A stretch of DNA of 64,000 nt, from positions 15,252,001 through 15,316,000 of the forward strand of contig NC_045714.1 of NCBI RefSeq assembly GCF_009834535.1. The letters run 5' to 3'. This document shows, in pieces, positions 21,901 to 64,000 of this stretch (positions are counted from its first letter, which is position 1; every line of letters begins with the position of its first letter). The notes beneath the pieces are model-generated. The model had not been told where the DNA came from, ran no database searches, and was given only the letters and a program-made list of their open reading frames with translations. Source of the DNA: Camelus ferus (Eukaryota). A program made the translations under genes and the position numbers.

Positions 21901-24321
21901 GGCACCTTCTTCCGCATGTCCTCGGGGCCCGGCCCCTCCTGCTTCTTGGCACGGTGAATGCGGGATTTGTCTTCCGCCTTGGCTAGGCCTGTGTGCACAT
22001 GTAGGTGGAGCAGGTGTGGGCCAAGGGTGCCGGCACACCTGTACATGTGCTGAACCCCGCAGATGCCTGGCTGGCCTGAGGCCTCACCTTTGAGTCCGAA
22101 AGTCCCTGAGATGGACGGCTGCTCCCCTGTAAACTTCTTGGGTGTTTTCTGTTTCCTTCCTGACTCGGGGGAGAGAAAACAGGGACCAAGACTCTGGTCA
22201 AATAACCATCGGGAGGCACCGCCCCTGTCCCAGCCACTGGCCCCCGCCCTCATCTTACTGTGCTTTGTGCGCTCCGCACCCTCCTCAGGCGGGGACACAG
22301 AGCCCGAGGCCCTTAGCGCCTCCTTGCCTCCCAAGGGCCTGCTGCCCAGAGAAAGGGGGCTGCTGCTGGATTCTGTGCTCTGCTGGAGGGCCGAGCTCTG
22401 GCCGGTGGTGGCTGGGCCATACTCCCCGTTCTCCGGCCTCGCCTGCTTGGGTGGAATGGGGCAGGCATCCAGGCCATCTGCAGCCCTGCAGGGAGCAGGG
22501 AGGTGAGGGACAGGAGAGTCCACTCTGGGCCCTGTGACCCCCAGGCTGCAGCTGGAGGCACCAACCCCAACTCAGTAGGAGCCCCCGTACCTTTTCTTAC
22601 CGCTGCTCCTCCCCGCGGCTCGAGGAGCCTTGTTCTCAGACTTGGTCAGCAGCACCATCTTGCAGGGCGGTGTGTGTCTGCTGATGGCAATAGGTCTGCT
22701 GACCGTCACTGGCTTACTGACCACAATGGGCCTGCTGACCGTCACCGGCTTTGTGACCGGCATGGGTTTTGTAACTGTCACGAGCTTTGTCATCGGCACT
22801 GGCTTGTTGATGGTCACCGGTTTGGTGACTGGCACCGGTTTGGTGACTGTCACTGGCTTGGCGATTGGCACAGACTTGGTGACAGGTATAGGCTTGTTGA
22901 CTGGCATGGGCCGGCTGACCGTCACTGGCTTAGTGGCTGGCACAGGCCGGCTGACCGTCACTGGCTTGGTGACTGTCACAGGTCGGCTGACCGTCACTGG
23001 CTTGCTGATGCCGATAGGCTTGCTGATAGTGACAGGTTTGCTCACTCCAATGGGCTTGCTGACCCCAACGGGCCGACTGACGGTGACCGGCCGGCTAACT
23101 GGCCCAGGCTTGGGGGCAGGCAGAGGCCGGTCCATGTGGTTCCAAATCCGGTGCTTCTCTAGCTGGGTCTTGGAGGTGAATGCGGCCTCACAGAAGGGGC
23201 AGGGAAAGGTGAGCCTTTCTGAGATGGCACCCTGGGATGGAGAGGGCAGGTGTGGGGTGGGGTGCCCAGGCCTCTGCCCAGACACCCCTGAGCCCACAGC
23301 CAGGGCAGGGCAGGCCCCAGGCCTCCTCTTCCCCAGCCGCAGCCCTTACCCCTCGGCACCGCTGGTAATGGTACTTGAGCCCGTAGATGCTGGGGAACTC
23401 CAGCCAGCACCCAGAGTTTGGACACTTCACCCTCGAGTGCGCCTTGAACTCATCTTTCCACTGGTTCATCAGGGAGAGCTGGGCGTGGGAGAGGCCAGGC
23501 TGCTGACCCCACAGCTGCCCAGGCCTCTGCAGCGCCCTCCCCAGGCCAGAGCCCTGCAACCCTGGATTACAGTAGGAGGCAGGCCCCCTGAGGAGCCTCA
23601 GTGCACCAGACTGTTCCTTGAGCCCCACAGACACGATCCACTAGGCCCCAGGCTCTGCCCTGAAGCCCTGACACACAGAGCGGCCGGCTGATGTAGGCTG
23701 AGGGCTCACTGCTGCTCGTGCAGGAGGCGAGGCAGCGGGCGTGCCAGGCAGACCCCCCAGGAGCCCCACCCAGCCCTCAGGGAGCTCACAGGAATGTCTC
23801 GGAGGGCCTGGCTCTCGGCTTTTGGACGCCCCTTTTTCTTCCCTTCTGTCCTGTCGCTGGCTGAACTTCCCGAGTCAAGGCAGAGTGGGCCCTGACTGGG
23901 CACCGTCTGCCCACCCCGGACCATCGGCAGCCCTGCAGCACACAACACACCGAGGCTCAGAGGCTGCATTCCCCACAGCCTCATTAGCCACCCAGGGGGC
24001 TAGTCAAGCCTGGAGCTAGGGCATGGGGGGCAGGAGGCCACAGGCAGCCAAGGATAAGAACCCAGGACCCTGGGCTGCCTCCACCCTGGGAAGCTTCTTA
24101 GGAGCCCAGGCGGCCAGCTGGGCACCTAGAAGCTGACATCCACGGAGGTGCAGACCCAGCCCCGCTGCCCATGACCACCTGGCCTGACTCTTCTTACCTA
24201 GCTTTGGAGGGTCGTGGAGCATGGGAAGTCGGACCTCGTTCCGGCTGCCATCCTTCCCAGGTCCAGTCTTGCTGGACCCTGGAAGCCGGCGGCCTCCTCC
24301 AACACAAAAAGGATCGGTCAT
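18692..24321 (-). CDS. ZNF512B: Zinc finger protein 512B, whole spliced CDS span (16 coding exons, 2679 nt, 892 aa)
   Basis: MTDPFCVGGGRRLPGSSK...; four pairs of C2HC plus C2H2 fingers; a KPVTVS-type repeat; ends ...SKAPEK*. Exon lengths sum to 2679. Confidence 0.97.
19189..19287 (-). CDS. ZNF512B: ZNF512B exon 16 (GDHLVGKYCCLLCPKEF...KTHAE)
   Basis: AG/GT boundaries, 99 nt. Confidence 0.95.
19792..19854 (-). CDS. ZNF512B: ZNF512B exon 15 (CCEAIYSSVSGLKAHLASCSK)
   Basis: AG/GT boundaries, 63 nt. Confidence 0.95.
20156..20257 (-). CDS. ZNF512B: ZNF512B exon 14 (LNYTRPGLP...VNCPND)
   Basis: AG/GT boundaries, 102 nt. Confidence 0.95.
20438..20632 (-). CDS. ZNF512B: ZNF512B exon 13 (PPEEPEDK...VPETAR)
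   Basis: AG/GT boundaries, 195 nt. Confidence 0.95.
20877..21047 (-). CDS. ZNF512B: ZNF512B exon 12 (GCGAAFSSLMGYQYHQRRC...EHMAP)
   Basis: AG/GT boundaries, 171 nt. Confidence 0.95.
21129..21227 (-). CDS. ZNF512B: ZNF512B exon 11 (PSDAEASEGSEQEERER...CPQE)
   Basis: AG/GT boundaries, 99 nt. Confidence 0.95.
21439..21531 (-). CDS. ZNF512B: ZNF512B exon 10 (LQDALKCQHCRKQF...HSAK)
   Basis: AG/GT boundaries, 93 nt. Confidence 0.93.
21604..21728 (-). CDS. ZNF512B: ZNF512B exon 9 (GPEEQWQRAIHERGEAVCPTC...VCQK)
   Basis: AG/GT boundaries, 125 nt. Confidence 0.95.
21842..21988 (-). CDS. ZNF512B: ZNF512B exon 8 (LAKAEDKSRIH...HPAP)
   Basis: AG/GT boundaries, 147 nt. Confidence 0.95.
22088..22159 (-). 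CDS. ZNF512B: ZNF512B exon 7 (RRKQKTPKKFTGEQPSISGTFGLK)
   Basis: AG/GT boundaries, 72 nt. Confidence 0.95.
22259..22485 (-). CDS. ZNF512B: ZNF512B exon 6 (AADGLDACPIPPKQARPE...RTKH)
   Basis: AG/GT boundaries, 227 nt. Confidence 0.95.
22591..23231 (-). CDS. ZNF512B: ZNF512B exon 5 (C2H2 finger plus hexapeptide repeat)
   Basis: AG/GT boundaries, 641 nt. Confidence 0.95.
22680..23111 (-). repeat. ZNF512B: Coding 18-nt tandem repeat, 24 copies of [KR]P[VI]x[VI][ST]
   Basis: KPGPVS RPVTVS RPVGVS KPIGVS ... KPVTVS RPIAIS, counted in the translation. Confidence 0.9.
23350..23478 (-). CDS. ZNF512B: ZNF512B exon 4 (LSLMNQWKDEF...YQRCRG)
   Basis: AG/GT boundaries, 129 nt. Confidence 0.95.
23790..23932 (-). 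CDS. ZNF512B: ZNF512B exon 3 (LPMVRGGQ...KKKGRPKAESQALRDIP)
   Basis: AG/GT boundaries, 143 nt. Confidence 0.95.
24198..24321 (-). CDS. ZNF512B: ZNF512B exon 2 coding part (MTDPFCVGGGRRLP...DPPKL)
   Basis: Acceptor 2 nt before the ATG (exon starts at 24323); donor gtaaga. Confidence 0.95.
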
Positions 24322-25799
24322 CTCTGCAGAGCAAGTGAACAGACCTATGAGGCCCATGAGGCCCAACTCAGGACTTGAAATGGGCTGCTCTTGAATCCTG
24401 CCCCCAGGTAGGTCCACTCTTTGGCCCAAGGAAGGGGAGCCGACCTACCTGTGCTTTTGGCCACAAGGGAAGCAGGTGATGGAGTGAGGGGTACTTCTGG
24501 TTTAGGGAAGGGGCTGCCCAGCCAAAGTCTCCCCAGACCCAGATGACCCAGGAGATACCGTCAGCTTGGAAAAATCTAACCCTCTTCTGAGACCCTCACC
24601 AGCCCCACGGGACTCCCTCTGTCTCCAGGACACACAATCCCGGAGAGTGCGAGAATCAGAGAATCACGTACCTCCTACCTAGTGCTGGGCTGTGGGTGGC
24701 CCCGGGAGAGGTGCGGTGCCCTGGAGGAGGGAGGCCAATAATACCCCTCTGGGGGCCAATTATTACACCGGTGTGGCTGTTGGCCTATAGGCTGTGCTGG
24801 CCCGGTACCTTGGGACACCTTCCCCCACAGCCCCACCCAGACCCAAGGCAATGCCCCTGGACAAGAGCGGGTACCCTTGCATCCTTCTCCCCAGAACACA
24901 GATGGAAGGCAGCCAAGGTGGGCCCTGAGGGCCCCAGCCCACTCTCCAACTGCACACACACCCCTCCAGGGGGAGCAGACCAAGGACCCCGCAGCACCTG
25001 GTTCTAGTCCCTGTGCCAGCTGCATCACCCTACCTGACCCTCTTCTCGGCCCTGTTTCCAGCTGGGGGCCCTCCCACCAGAAGGAGGCCTCACACTGGAC
25101 CCCTCAGCCACCCTCCACCTGGCTGACCTCCTCCTCATTTCCACCCTCAAGAGACTCTCCATCCCCAATCTACAGGCCCCCCAAGCACCACTCCATAGAC
25201 CACCAGCCACTGGCCACAGGGAACATTCCACTGCCCCAGGCTGGGCCTCTGTGGGCCTGTTCTGCTGGGGTCCCTACACCCTGAGAGCTGGGGGACTCTG
25301 AGTTCACTGAAGAAGGTAGTAGTGGTGGGGGTTCTGTGGGCAGGTGACCCCTCCCCTGGTGGTTTCCAACTAACATATCAGAGGGGATGGGAAGGAGCTG
25401 GTGTGCCTAGGAGGGTCCAGGGGCCATCTGGGCAGAGATCAGGAAAGTTACTGCCCACGGCCATGGAGATGCCTATACCCTGAGCCTGGGGGAGGTCTAG
25501 AGGGGTCGAAACAAACTTCTTTGAAGTCCTCACACTGCTGCTTCTGAGGTGACATGCTAGCATCAGTCACCCCAGCCCCGTGACGACCCCAGCCGCGGGG
25601 GCTGAGGGTGCCTGCTGAGCCCACCTTTCCAGTCTTTCTCCAGCTTAGGTGGAGAATTCAGAGTTCCCGGGCCTGGGGCAGAGGCTGGACTAGGAGTCAG
25701 AGACCCTCCTTCTATCTAGACCCTGTGACTGGCGCACCAAAAAGAGAAAGGACTTCCACCCTCCCAGAGGGCCCAGCAGGGTCGTAGAGGTGGGACCCT

Positions 25800-26600
25800 C
25801 GCCGAAGGGCTGGGGGGAAGGGGTGCCACGCGCTGACAGCAGGCGACGCTGGCAGCGGGACCGCGGCCAAGGCCGCTCGGCCCCGGGACCCCAGCCCAAG
25901 CCTGGGCGCGCAGATGAGGCGGGCCAGGGGACGCACACCTGGAGACTGGCCTCACCACCCACCTGTCACCTGTGCCGCGTGCGGGCCCGGCCTGGCTCCG
26001 GAAGGGCCGATCGCGGGCGCCTTTGGGGTGGGGGGGCCCAGAGGCAGTGAACCAAAATGGCGACTTTTTCTGGAGAAGGAGGAGGCAGGGACGCGGCGCC
26101 GGCGCCGGGCGCGGGGCGCGGAGCTGGGGTACGGGCGCGGCGGGGGCGGCAGGCTGGGGCCCCGGGCTCGGCCCCACGACCTGCGCTCGGGGTCAGGGTC
26201 GGGGGCGCGGCCGGCGCGGAGGCGGCCTGGGGGCGCGGCTGGGGGCGCGGCCGGGCGCTTACCTGCGGCGCGCAGCGGGCCAGGNNNNNNNNNNNNNNNN
26301 NNNNNNNNNNNNNNNNNNNNNNNNNNNNNNNNNNNNNNNNNNNNNNNNNNNNNNNNNNNNNNNNNNNNNNNNNNNNNNNNNNNNNNNNNNNNNNNNNNNN
26401 NNNNNNNNNNNNNNNNNNNNNNNNGGCGAACTCTCGCGGTATTCCTGCAGCCGCTCCGCGACGGGGAGAGACGGGTCGGGGGAGGGGGCCCAAAGGGCTA
26501 GCCCGCTCGCCCGGCTCCCGATCCGTTGCCTGCATGTGCTGAGCCACCAGTGCATGGTGGCCAGTTGTGCCGCTCGCAGGGCAGGAGGCGTTTTCCAGGC
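25800..26600 (-). promoter_or_regulatory. ZNF512B: ZNF512B CpG-island promoter and non-coding exon 1 (donor CAG|gtaagc at 26263/26262); YY1-like CAAAATGGCGAC at 26053-26064
   Basis: CpG-dense region with a consensus donor pointing towards exon 2; partly hidden by the N gap. Confidence 0.7.
26285..26424. other. Assembly gap (140 N)
   Basis: Run of n characters. Confidence 1.
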
Positions 26601-27409
26601 AATGGGGTAAACTGAGGCACGATAAGGCGCTGGGTACTGCCCCCTAAGCCCAGCGCGCAGGAACTGAAGGGACTGAATGTCTCTGAGTCCTGGCCCTGGG
26701 AAGGTGCGGCTGTGGCAGCCGCTGTCCGTTGGGACCTTGAACTCTTGGTCCCCACCGGCCTTCCCCCTGCAAAGCAGGATCTGGCCTCTTTTCCAACCTG
26801 TGACCATGTCTTCTTGTGGCCACCCTCAGGGAATCGCCTGGCCCCTGGCAGTGCCGAGGCAGTTTGAGGCCGTGGGCTTTATTGGGGTTACTGACCATTG
26901 GAGCAGTGTTTGTCTACTTTTGGGGGGGTAGTCCAAAATCAGCGGCCAGCACCTTGCTCCTCTGTGCCCCAGAACTGGGCTCTTGGCCGGGAAGGTCGTT
27001 TCAAGTCTAGGGGTGATGGGGCACCAGCCTCACCGAGACTTGAGAATGAATGAAGCAAGGAAGGAGTTGTAGTTGGGAAACAGAGGCACAAGGTGCACCC
27101 CTTCGCTGAGCCCCTTCCACCCGCTCTGTCCACACTGGAGCAGCTTTGGCTACACAGCTTGTGGGCAGGGCACAAAGGACAGGGGTAGATTTGGGGCCTG
27201 CTTCTTTCGAGGGAAAAAGTGCCCACAGTGGGGCAAAGGCAGGGTGGGGCCCTCAGTGGGGAGGTAAGTTAGTCCTTCCCTTGGAAATCAGAGCCAGAGA
27301 GGCCCATGTGATCCTTCCCTCATTCCTGTGCCTGGGGTCAAGACATGCAGGACTTGGGGAGAGGGGTCAGTGTGTGTGCCCTGAAGTGCATCCAAGGCTG
27401 CCAGCTTTC

Positions 27410-27880
27410 CCTGTGTAAGTCATGTATGATGCATCTGTGTGACGATGTGTGTCAAGCAGTGTCCTGTTTGGTGTCAGGGTATGTCTGTGTGTCCTGTACT
27501 AGGTGAGAAGGATGCCTATCGTGTTTTAGCATTCAGGTGATGTAGTGTGTAGGAAGGTGTCTGGGTCTCAGCCGGTGTTTGTCCAGGCAAAAGCGTGTCT
27601 GGCGATCAGGGCATCGTGTTATGTCATACGTGTTGTATATGGGGTGTGCTGCACCTGGTGTTTTTCTGTCTGTTAGGTGATCATGGGATGCTGGGACACT
27701 GTGTATCAGGTATGTTGTGGGTCTGGATGCTGGTGTCATTGTCTCTGTGTATGAGCGTCTGTGTGTCCAGACTGCAGCGGTCAGTTTCTGCCTCTGTGTA
27801 TTTGCTCGTCTGGTTGCTGTGTGGGTATGTGTATCAGTGCATGTGCTGCCACACGTGTGTTTCTTATCTAAGTGCATTGC
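27410..27880. repeat. Low-complexity TG-rich tract
   Basis: Dense imperfect gtgt/tgtc runs. Confidence 0.55.
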
Positions 27881-27883
27881 CCT

Positions 27884-28260
27884 GTTGGGGTGCTAAATGA
27901 GGACCCCAGGAGATAGCTACTTCAGATCTCTGAAACCTGTGAATGGACTTTATCTGGAAAAGGGCTTTTGAAGACATAATGAAGTTAAGGATCTAGAGAT
28001 GAAGAGATCATTCTGGGTTATCTAGGTAGGCCCAGTGACAAGTGTCCTTGTAGGAGGGTGATGATACCACGGAATCCAGGGTGGAGTGATGGGAGAACCC
28101 GGGATAGGTAAGGAAGCGTTTTCCCCTGAGCCCCGGCGGGAGTGCTGTGCCGCTGAATTTCAGGCGTGCGGCCTGAGGAACAGTGAGGAAGTCCATTTCT
28201 GGTGTGTTAAGCCTCCCAGTTGTGGTCATTGGTTACAGCAGCCCCAGGAACCTAACACAC
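27884..28260 (+). mobile_element. MaLR solo LTR (MLT1C/D-like)
   Basis: aacctgtgaat...aagttaaggatctagagatg...ttatctaggtaggcccag and the terminal ggttacagcagccccaggaacctaacaca match the recalled MLT1 consensus. Confidence 0.7.
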
Positions 28261-28479
28261 CTGTGTCCGAGCGTCTGGGTGCGGTCCACAGGGCTGAGCC
28301 CTCCTTCATAGCCTTTGCCAGCTAGCCTGGCAGGTCCGGGCGTAAACAGGCACCCCGCCAGGATGGAACACCACTGCCCCCTGGTGGCCACAGCTGGAGA
28401 CAGCTGGTCCCTGACTCCCTACCCCACATGCCTGGTTGGCCAGAGCGGGACACCACACTTAGGTCGCTTGAGAACCGGG

Positions 28480-28485
28480 TTTATT
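28480..28485 (-). terminator. SAMD10: Probable SAMD10 poly(A) signal AATAAA
   Basis: tttatt on plus, about 1.37 kb past the stop codon. Confidence 0.6.
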
Positions 28486-29847
28486 TCTGGTCTTTTTGTC
28501 AGAATGTAAAAAAGTTAGCACAGAACAAGGAAGACAAGACAAGCATGGTGGGGCCAAAGGGACAAGACAAGGAGGGGGAAGGAGGTAAGGGAAAGGGCTC
28601 CCGGAAAGGGAGCTGTCCTGATGGCAGGAGGTGGCCAGGGGCACTTGGGGCAGCCAGACAGTATAAGGAGCTTCCCGTGGGGGACACAAGGGATGGGAGG
28701 CACCAGGCGAGTTGTTCGAATTCCACTTGGGACCTACACACCCAGCCTCCCATCCTGAGGCCAACTCAGAGCACAGAGAAGGGGCTAGAGGCTCAGCCTC
28801 ATCTGTCCCTGAGATTTTCAGAGTCCCCTAGGGGAGTAAGTGGGCAGAGGAGCAAGAGGGTGGGGGTGCCAGGACCACTCTTGCTATCCCTCTGCTGGGC
28901 AACGCCAGCTAGCCCCAGACCTGGGACTTTCTGGCCCACAGGGCAGTTGCTCAGATGCTGGCTGGGTCTCCAGTGGGTGGGGCATGGGATGCAGCCATCA
29001 GGACAGTTCTTGTGTGGACCCGGGATTTCCTGGGAAAGGGACAGTGGGAATGCCCACCCATGACTATGCCTCAAAGGTGATCTCCGTGACCCTGGGAGGA
29101 GAGGGATGTTTCCAAACCAAAGGCCAGGACACGGCTGAGCCCAGTGCTGGGTATGGGGTGTGGGGTCCTCACTGTGCCACTCGGGTCTCGGGTGCGTGTC
29201 CCAGTTCCCGCAGGTAGCCGAGAGTGTGGTGAGAATTTATGAGAATAAATGAGTGAAAGCACTTGGCCCGCTGCCCTGCCAGGCCAACACTGATGCCCAT
29301 CCTCTGGGCCGGGGAAGGGGAGGGCACACACCAAAGGGAGCCTTGGCAGTTTGTCCCACCTGTGCAGGGCAGTCCTCTGGGTGCTTGGGGAGGGCCTAAA
29401 CAGGGGGCAGACCTCCAGCCCTGGGAGAGAGCAGGATGCCTAAAGGACATGTGACTTAGCAGGCGATGGAGGACAGACATTAACGGGGTGAAGGGAACAT
29501 AAATAAGCAGGCTCCCTGGGAGTCTAGGGGACGTCCAAACCCTCTCTGGCTCCAGGTGGCTGTCCTGCATGCTGCCAGCAGCACCAGGGGGTGGGCCTGG
29601 GCTCAGGTCCTAGGACGAAGGGCCACACTCAAGCAGCCCCTGCCCGCCCAATCCCAGGCACAGCCCAGAGTGCACAACCAGAGGTGGCTGGAGGTGGCAA
29701 TTCTGGTCCCACCTGTCCACGGGACTGGCCTCAGCCCCTGGGGCCTCCTGCAGGGTCCCAGAAGGGCTGCGCAGCCAGCTCTGCCTCGTCCTTGTCAGGG
29801 GCTCCGGTCACAGTGCTGAGGTCTGGGGTTCAAGCCTCAAGCAGCAG

Positions 29848-33097
<3,250 letters not shown>

Positions 33098-34559
33098 GGG
33101 GCCCGCGGGTCCCCAGCCCAGCCCGTGCACACGCCCCTCGCCGGGCGCAGGGCGGCCCGTGCGGCCAGCGGGGAACGCGCGCCGCCGCCCCGCCCCAACC
33201 GGCCCCGCGCCCGGCGAGTCTGCGCGGCGAGGCACCTGCCGCTGAGCTTGAGAGCGGGGCGCGCTCCGGGAGCTCCGAGTTTTGTCGGCGGCGCGCGGAC
33301 CTGCGTACGCGGAGGGTGTCTGCCGCGGCGAGGGGCATCCGTGCGCACCCAGGCATGGGACTGTGCACCTACAAGGGGTCCAGGCTCTGAAGGATCTGAG
33401 GCAGGGACGTAGGGGTGCATTAGTTCCCTGTGTGTGTGGAGGGTGGGGGGGTATCCTACCTGCTTCTGGGACCCTCTGCCCACTGGGACCCAGGTCGAGG
33501 GCCCAGACCCCCCCACCCCCAGGTCCCTCCATTCTCCCACGTCGGTTTACTTACTTATTCCTTTATTCGTGCATTCTCTGGGCCTCTCCGGAGGGCTCTC
33601 CTTCAAATAGCCACTCACTTTCCTAGAGAAGCCAGTTTGACCCTCTCTTGCCCCCCACCACACTATGAAGGTCAGGAGGGCAGCTGGGGTCTCTCTCTTT
33701 CCCTCTGTAGCCCCAGAATCTGACTCAGTGCCCACGGTGTCACTCCAAGGGGCTCAGCTGGGAACAGGGAGGAGAGAGAAACTCGGAGGAGGCCGCAGCA
33801 GACAGGAGGGATGTGTCTGGTTCATGACCCCTGTGAGAAGTGTTTGGGTGGGCTGGGGGCTACCTGGTCCAGCAGAAGACCAGACTTGTGACTAGCTTTT
33901 TGCCTGCTCTGCCAAAGAGACCGAAGGCTCTCCCCAGGTGTATGTGGGGGCCAGAGGATGTCCTACACCCACCCCAGCAAAGGTGCACACGGACAGGCAG
34001 ACATGCATGCATAGGACAGTCTTGCGTATCCACCTAAAACATGAACACAGATGATCTGACTTGCACCAGTGCCCACCAACACACTCAGGTAGATTTGCAC
34101 TGAATCCACCCACATGCTGTGACCGCCTATGCCCACACACTGACTTACTCTGTTGCATTTATTTATTTTCATCAATTAGCTCCTTAGGGTCTGGGCTCCC
34201 ACCGTCATCGGAACCACCAGAATCACCGGGATGTTCAGGGTATGGTGGGGGTGTGAGTGGGGCTTGTATAGGTACCAGCGCCAGGACCGAGCCCAGAAAT
34301 CTGAGTGCGAAGAGCCAAGGCAGCAGTCTGCACACGGGGGCACCGCAATCACGACACATACACACCGCACAAGCTTACACACTGGCTAGGTGTGCAGCCC
34401 GCTCAGATGTGTTAGGCCCTGCCCCAAGCCAGGGCGACTCTGAAGGGTAGGGTGGGCGGCTCAGGGGTCCCTGACGACGGAGCTGGCTTAGGGTGGAAGG
34501 GGACCCATGGGTCCTGCTCAGACAGGCACGTCTCGGAAATGCATCGAGAACAGGCAGTG

Positions 34560-63926
<29,367 letters not shown>

Positions 63927-64000
63927 TGAGAGGGAGGATGGGTGTGGTCAGGACGCGTGGGGCTCTGGCTGCTCTGCAGGCAGCTGGTGCTCTGAGGGGG

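Noticed and set aside
22630-23691. 353-aa plus-strand ORF with hydrophobic GLVTVT repeats
   Set aside because: Antisense shadow of the ZNF512B exon 5 hexapeptide repeat; the codon pattern simply lacks stops on the opposite strand.

Overview
GC-rich mammalian genomic DNA, most likely a camelid: three tRNA-derived SINEs match my recollection of the camelid Vic-1 family. The gene order is syntenic with human 20q13.33. Splice-site-level reconstruction by hand gives four genes. UCKL1 (minus, 15 coding exons, 3427-15266, 548 aa), ZNF512B (minus, 16 coding exons, 18692-24321, 892 aa; non-coding exon 1 runs into a 140-nt N gap) and SAMD10 (minus, 5 exons, 29848-33097, 201 aa) are complete. PRPF6 (plus) is represented by exons 1-14 from 34896 and continues past the window end. 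All listed exons have GT-AG boundaries and join in frame. Most entries in the six-frame ORF track are GC-rich shadow ORFs. The most interesting signals are absent from that track: (1) UCKL1 has a 20-nt microexon (RKLRWDM) that is phase-locked as a mutually exclusive partner of 17-nt exon 8, plus a weaker 11-nt third candidate; (2) a 6-nt in-frame microexon candidate in UCKL1 intron 5 with upstream UGC motifs; (3) two alternative UCKL1 first exons, one of which would give an MGCPAS myristoylation/palmitoylation-type N-terminus; (4) a 131-bp, about 92% identical inverted repeat starting 32 nt after the PRPF6 exon 11 donor; (5) a candidate 42-nt poison exon in PRPF6 intron 9; (6) three let-7 seed matches in the ZNF512B 3' UTR, whose poly(A) site abuts the UCKL1 promoter. 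Orthologue names and repeat family names come from recall, not from database searches.
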